Source of the DNA: Marsupella aquatica
Lineage: Eukaryota; Plantae; Marchantiophyta
Assembly: GCA_973895155.1 (NCBI GenBank)
Contig: OZ316895.1
Span: forward strand, 17,340,170 to 17,404,169
Reading direction: 5' to 3'
Length of the DNA: 64,000 nt
This document shows positions 62,227-64,000 of the stretch, piece by piece. How positions within the stretch are numbered: position 1 is the first letter of the stretch; every line of letters starts with the position of its first letter. The translations under genes were made by a program, and so were the position numbers. The notes under the pieces are model-generated. The model worked only from the letters and a program-made list of their open reading frames with translations, did no database searches and was not told the DNA's origin.

Positions 62227-64000
62227 CACTAGTAGAAAATGGGGCCTTTTATGACTATGACACATATGACTTATGTGCTCAAATGACAAAATGTGTAAAT
62301 GACATAACATAAATGACATTGAAATGACTGTCCAAAATGACGGGGTGCAAAAAATGACTAATACTTGCAATAGTGTCATTTAAACCAATGAGCCAAATGA
62401 CTTTGACTGCTATAATGACAACAATCATGAGTTGTAGTCATTTTGGACAGTCTTTATGAATGACACAATTAACAAAAACTCTGTCATATCAGTGTTTCAC
62501 ATATGGGAAGTCATTTCAGACGACGGTGACTAATGACTAATAAATCAAATATGCAAATATCAGTGTTTAAAAATGTTAGTAGTCATTCAAACCAAAAGTT
62601 ATAAATGACATGATAAACAACATATGACTATTTTGAGGTTTATGGTTTAGTATATGTTTAGGGTTTAGGGTATGATTAGCCGGCCATTAGGGATGCTACC
62701 CACTCCACATGGTGCGGGATGGGGTACTTGTACACCCTGAGCCACTAGTTATGCCACTTGGCCTCCACAACACATTTTAAAACACACATTTTGCATCATG
62801 GAAGGGCATCACCCAACTTTGGGCAAAACACTCCCAACTTGTATGACTTTGGAGTCATTTGCCCAAAGGGGTGCAAACCATTCTAATTTGGTCATTTGCA
62901 AGGGATCTTGAGTCATTTGTGCAGTTGACTAAAAGTTTTTGTCATTTGTGGAGTGCCGAGGGGTGTCATTTAAGCAAATGACACAAAAATAAGTCATTGA
63001 TGATGTCAATGCGGCAGTCAAGCATGCCATGGACAATATGACTCCTTGGCATCGTTGGGGGCTTATTCGCAATATACGTGATCGTAGCCGGCCATTAGGG
63101 ATGCTACCCACTCCACATGGTGCGGGATGGGGTACTTGTACACCCTGAGCCACTAGTTGTGCCACTTGGCCTCCACAACACTTTTTAAAATACACATTTT
63201 GCATCATGGAAGGGCATCACCCAACTTTGGGCAAAACACTCCCAAGTTGTATGACTTTGGAGTCATTTGCCCAAAGGGGTGCAAATCATTCTAATTTGGT
63301 CATTTGCAAGGGATCTTGAGTCATTTGTGCGTGTGACTAAAGGTTTTTGTCATTTGTGGAGTGCCGAGGGGTATCATTTAAGCAAATGACACAAAAATAA
63401 GTCATTGATGATGTCAATGCGGCAGTCAAGCATGCCATGGACAATATGACTCCTTGGGGTCGTTGGGGGCTTATTCGCAATATCTGTGATTGCAGCTGGC
63501 CATTAGGGATGCTACCCACTCCACATGGTGCAGGATGGGGTACTTGTACACCCTGAGCCACTAGTTATGCCACTTGGCCTCCACAACACTTTTTAAAATA
63601 CACATTTTGCATCATGGAATGGCATCACCCAACTTTGGGCAAAACACTCCCAAGTTGTATGACTTTGGAGTCATTTGCCCAAAGGGGTGCAAATCATTCT
63701 AATTTGGTCATTTGCAAGGGATCTTGAGTCATTTGTGCGTGTGACTAAAAGTTTTTGTCATTTGTGGAGTGTCGAGGGGTGTCATTTAAGCAAATGACAC
63801 AAAAATAAGTTATTGATGATGTCAATGCGGCAGTCAAGCATGCCATGGACAATATGACTCCTTGGGGTCGTTGGGGACTTATTCGCAATATCTGTGATTG
63901 CAGCTGGCCATTAGGGATGCTACCCACTCCACATGGTGCGGGATGGGGTACTTGTACACCCTGAGCCACTAGTTGTGCCACTTGGCCTCCACAACACTTT
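62227..64000 (+). mobile_element. CACTA (En/Spm) transposon left end
   Basis: CACTAGTAGAAAA terminus followed by dense ATGAC/GTCAT subterminal repeats. Confidence 0.8.
62678..64000. repeat. 408-bp tandem array (>3 copies, runs off the window)
   Basis: GGCCATTAGGGATGCTACCCACTCC recurs about every 408 bp; equivalent ORF stops fall at 62929, 63337 and 63745. Confidence 0.95.

Noticed and set aside
62656-62670. Telomeric TTTAGGG repeats
   Set aside because: Only two copies, inside a CACTA subterminal region.
62929-63981. Three near-identical minus-strand ORFs
   Set aside because: They are a by-product of the 408-bp tandem repeat, with no recognisable domain.

Overview
Plant nuclear genomic DNA, probably a non-seed land plant (inferred, not determined). 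The first ~38 kb is gene-rich, with four intron-containing genes: a small plastid-targeted protein resembling a conserved cyanobacterial hypothetical protein (+, 1237-2333); a plastid membrane protein (-, 4092-7992); a plastid RNA polymerase sigma factor of SIG1/SIGX type (+, 12058-15940); and a Dicer-like gene with DCL4 architecture (+, ~23840-37572). MITEs, a Helitron end and local duplications lie between them. From ~43.5 kb the window is a nested TE stack. A Copia remnant is interrupted by a chromovirus-type Gypsy. Its gag carries a MULE-like element that itself holds a 4.2-kb solo LTR-like unit. Its integrase is interrupted by a second Gypsy-type element, which is interrupted by another LTR and then a CACTA end with a 408-bp tandem array. 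Two structures stand out. (1) The ~2.07-kb Gypsy LTR (45223-47290) is a full-length imperfect palindrome with AGT...ACT ends and two outward-facing TATA-like boxes. (2) Two unrelated giant LTR-like units (48407-52636 and 56120-59878) start with a TGTGAC hairpin, end in GTGACA and carry long sense ORFs upstream of a shared TATA-like motif, i.e. apparently protein-coding U3 regions. Family assignments come from recalled motifs, not database searches.
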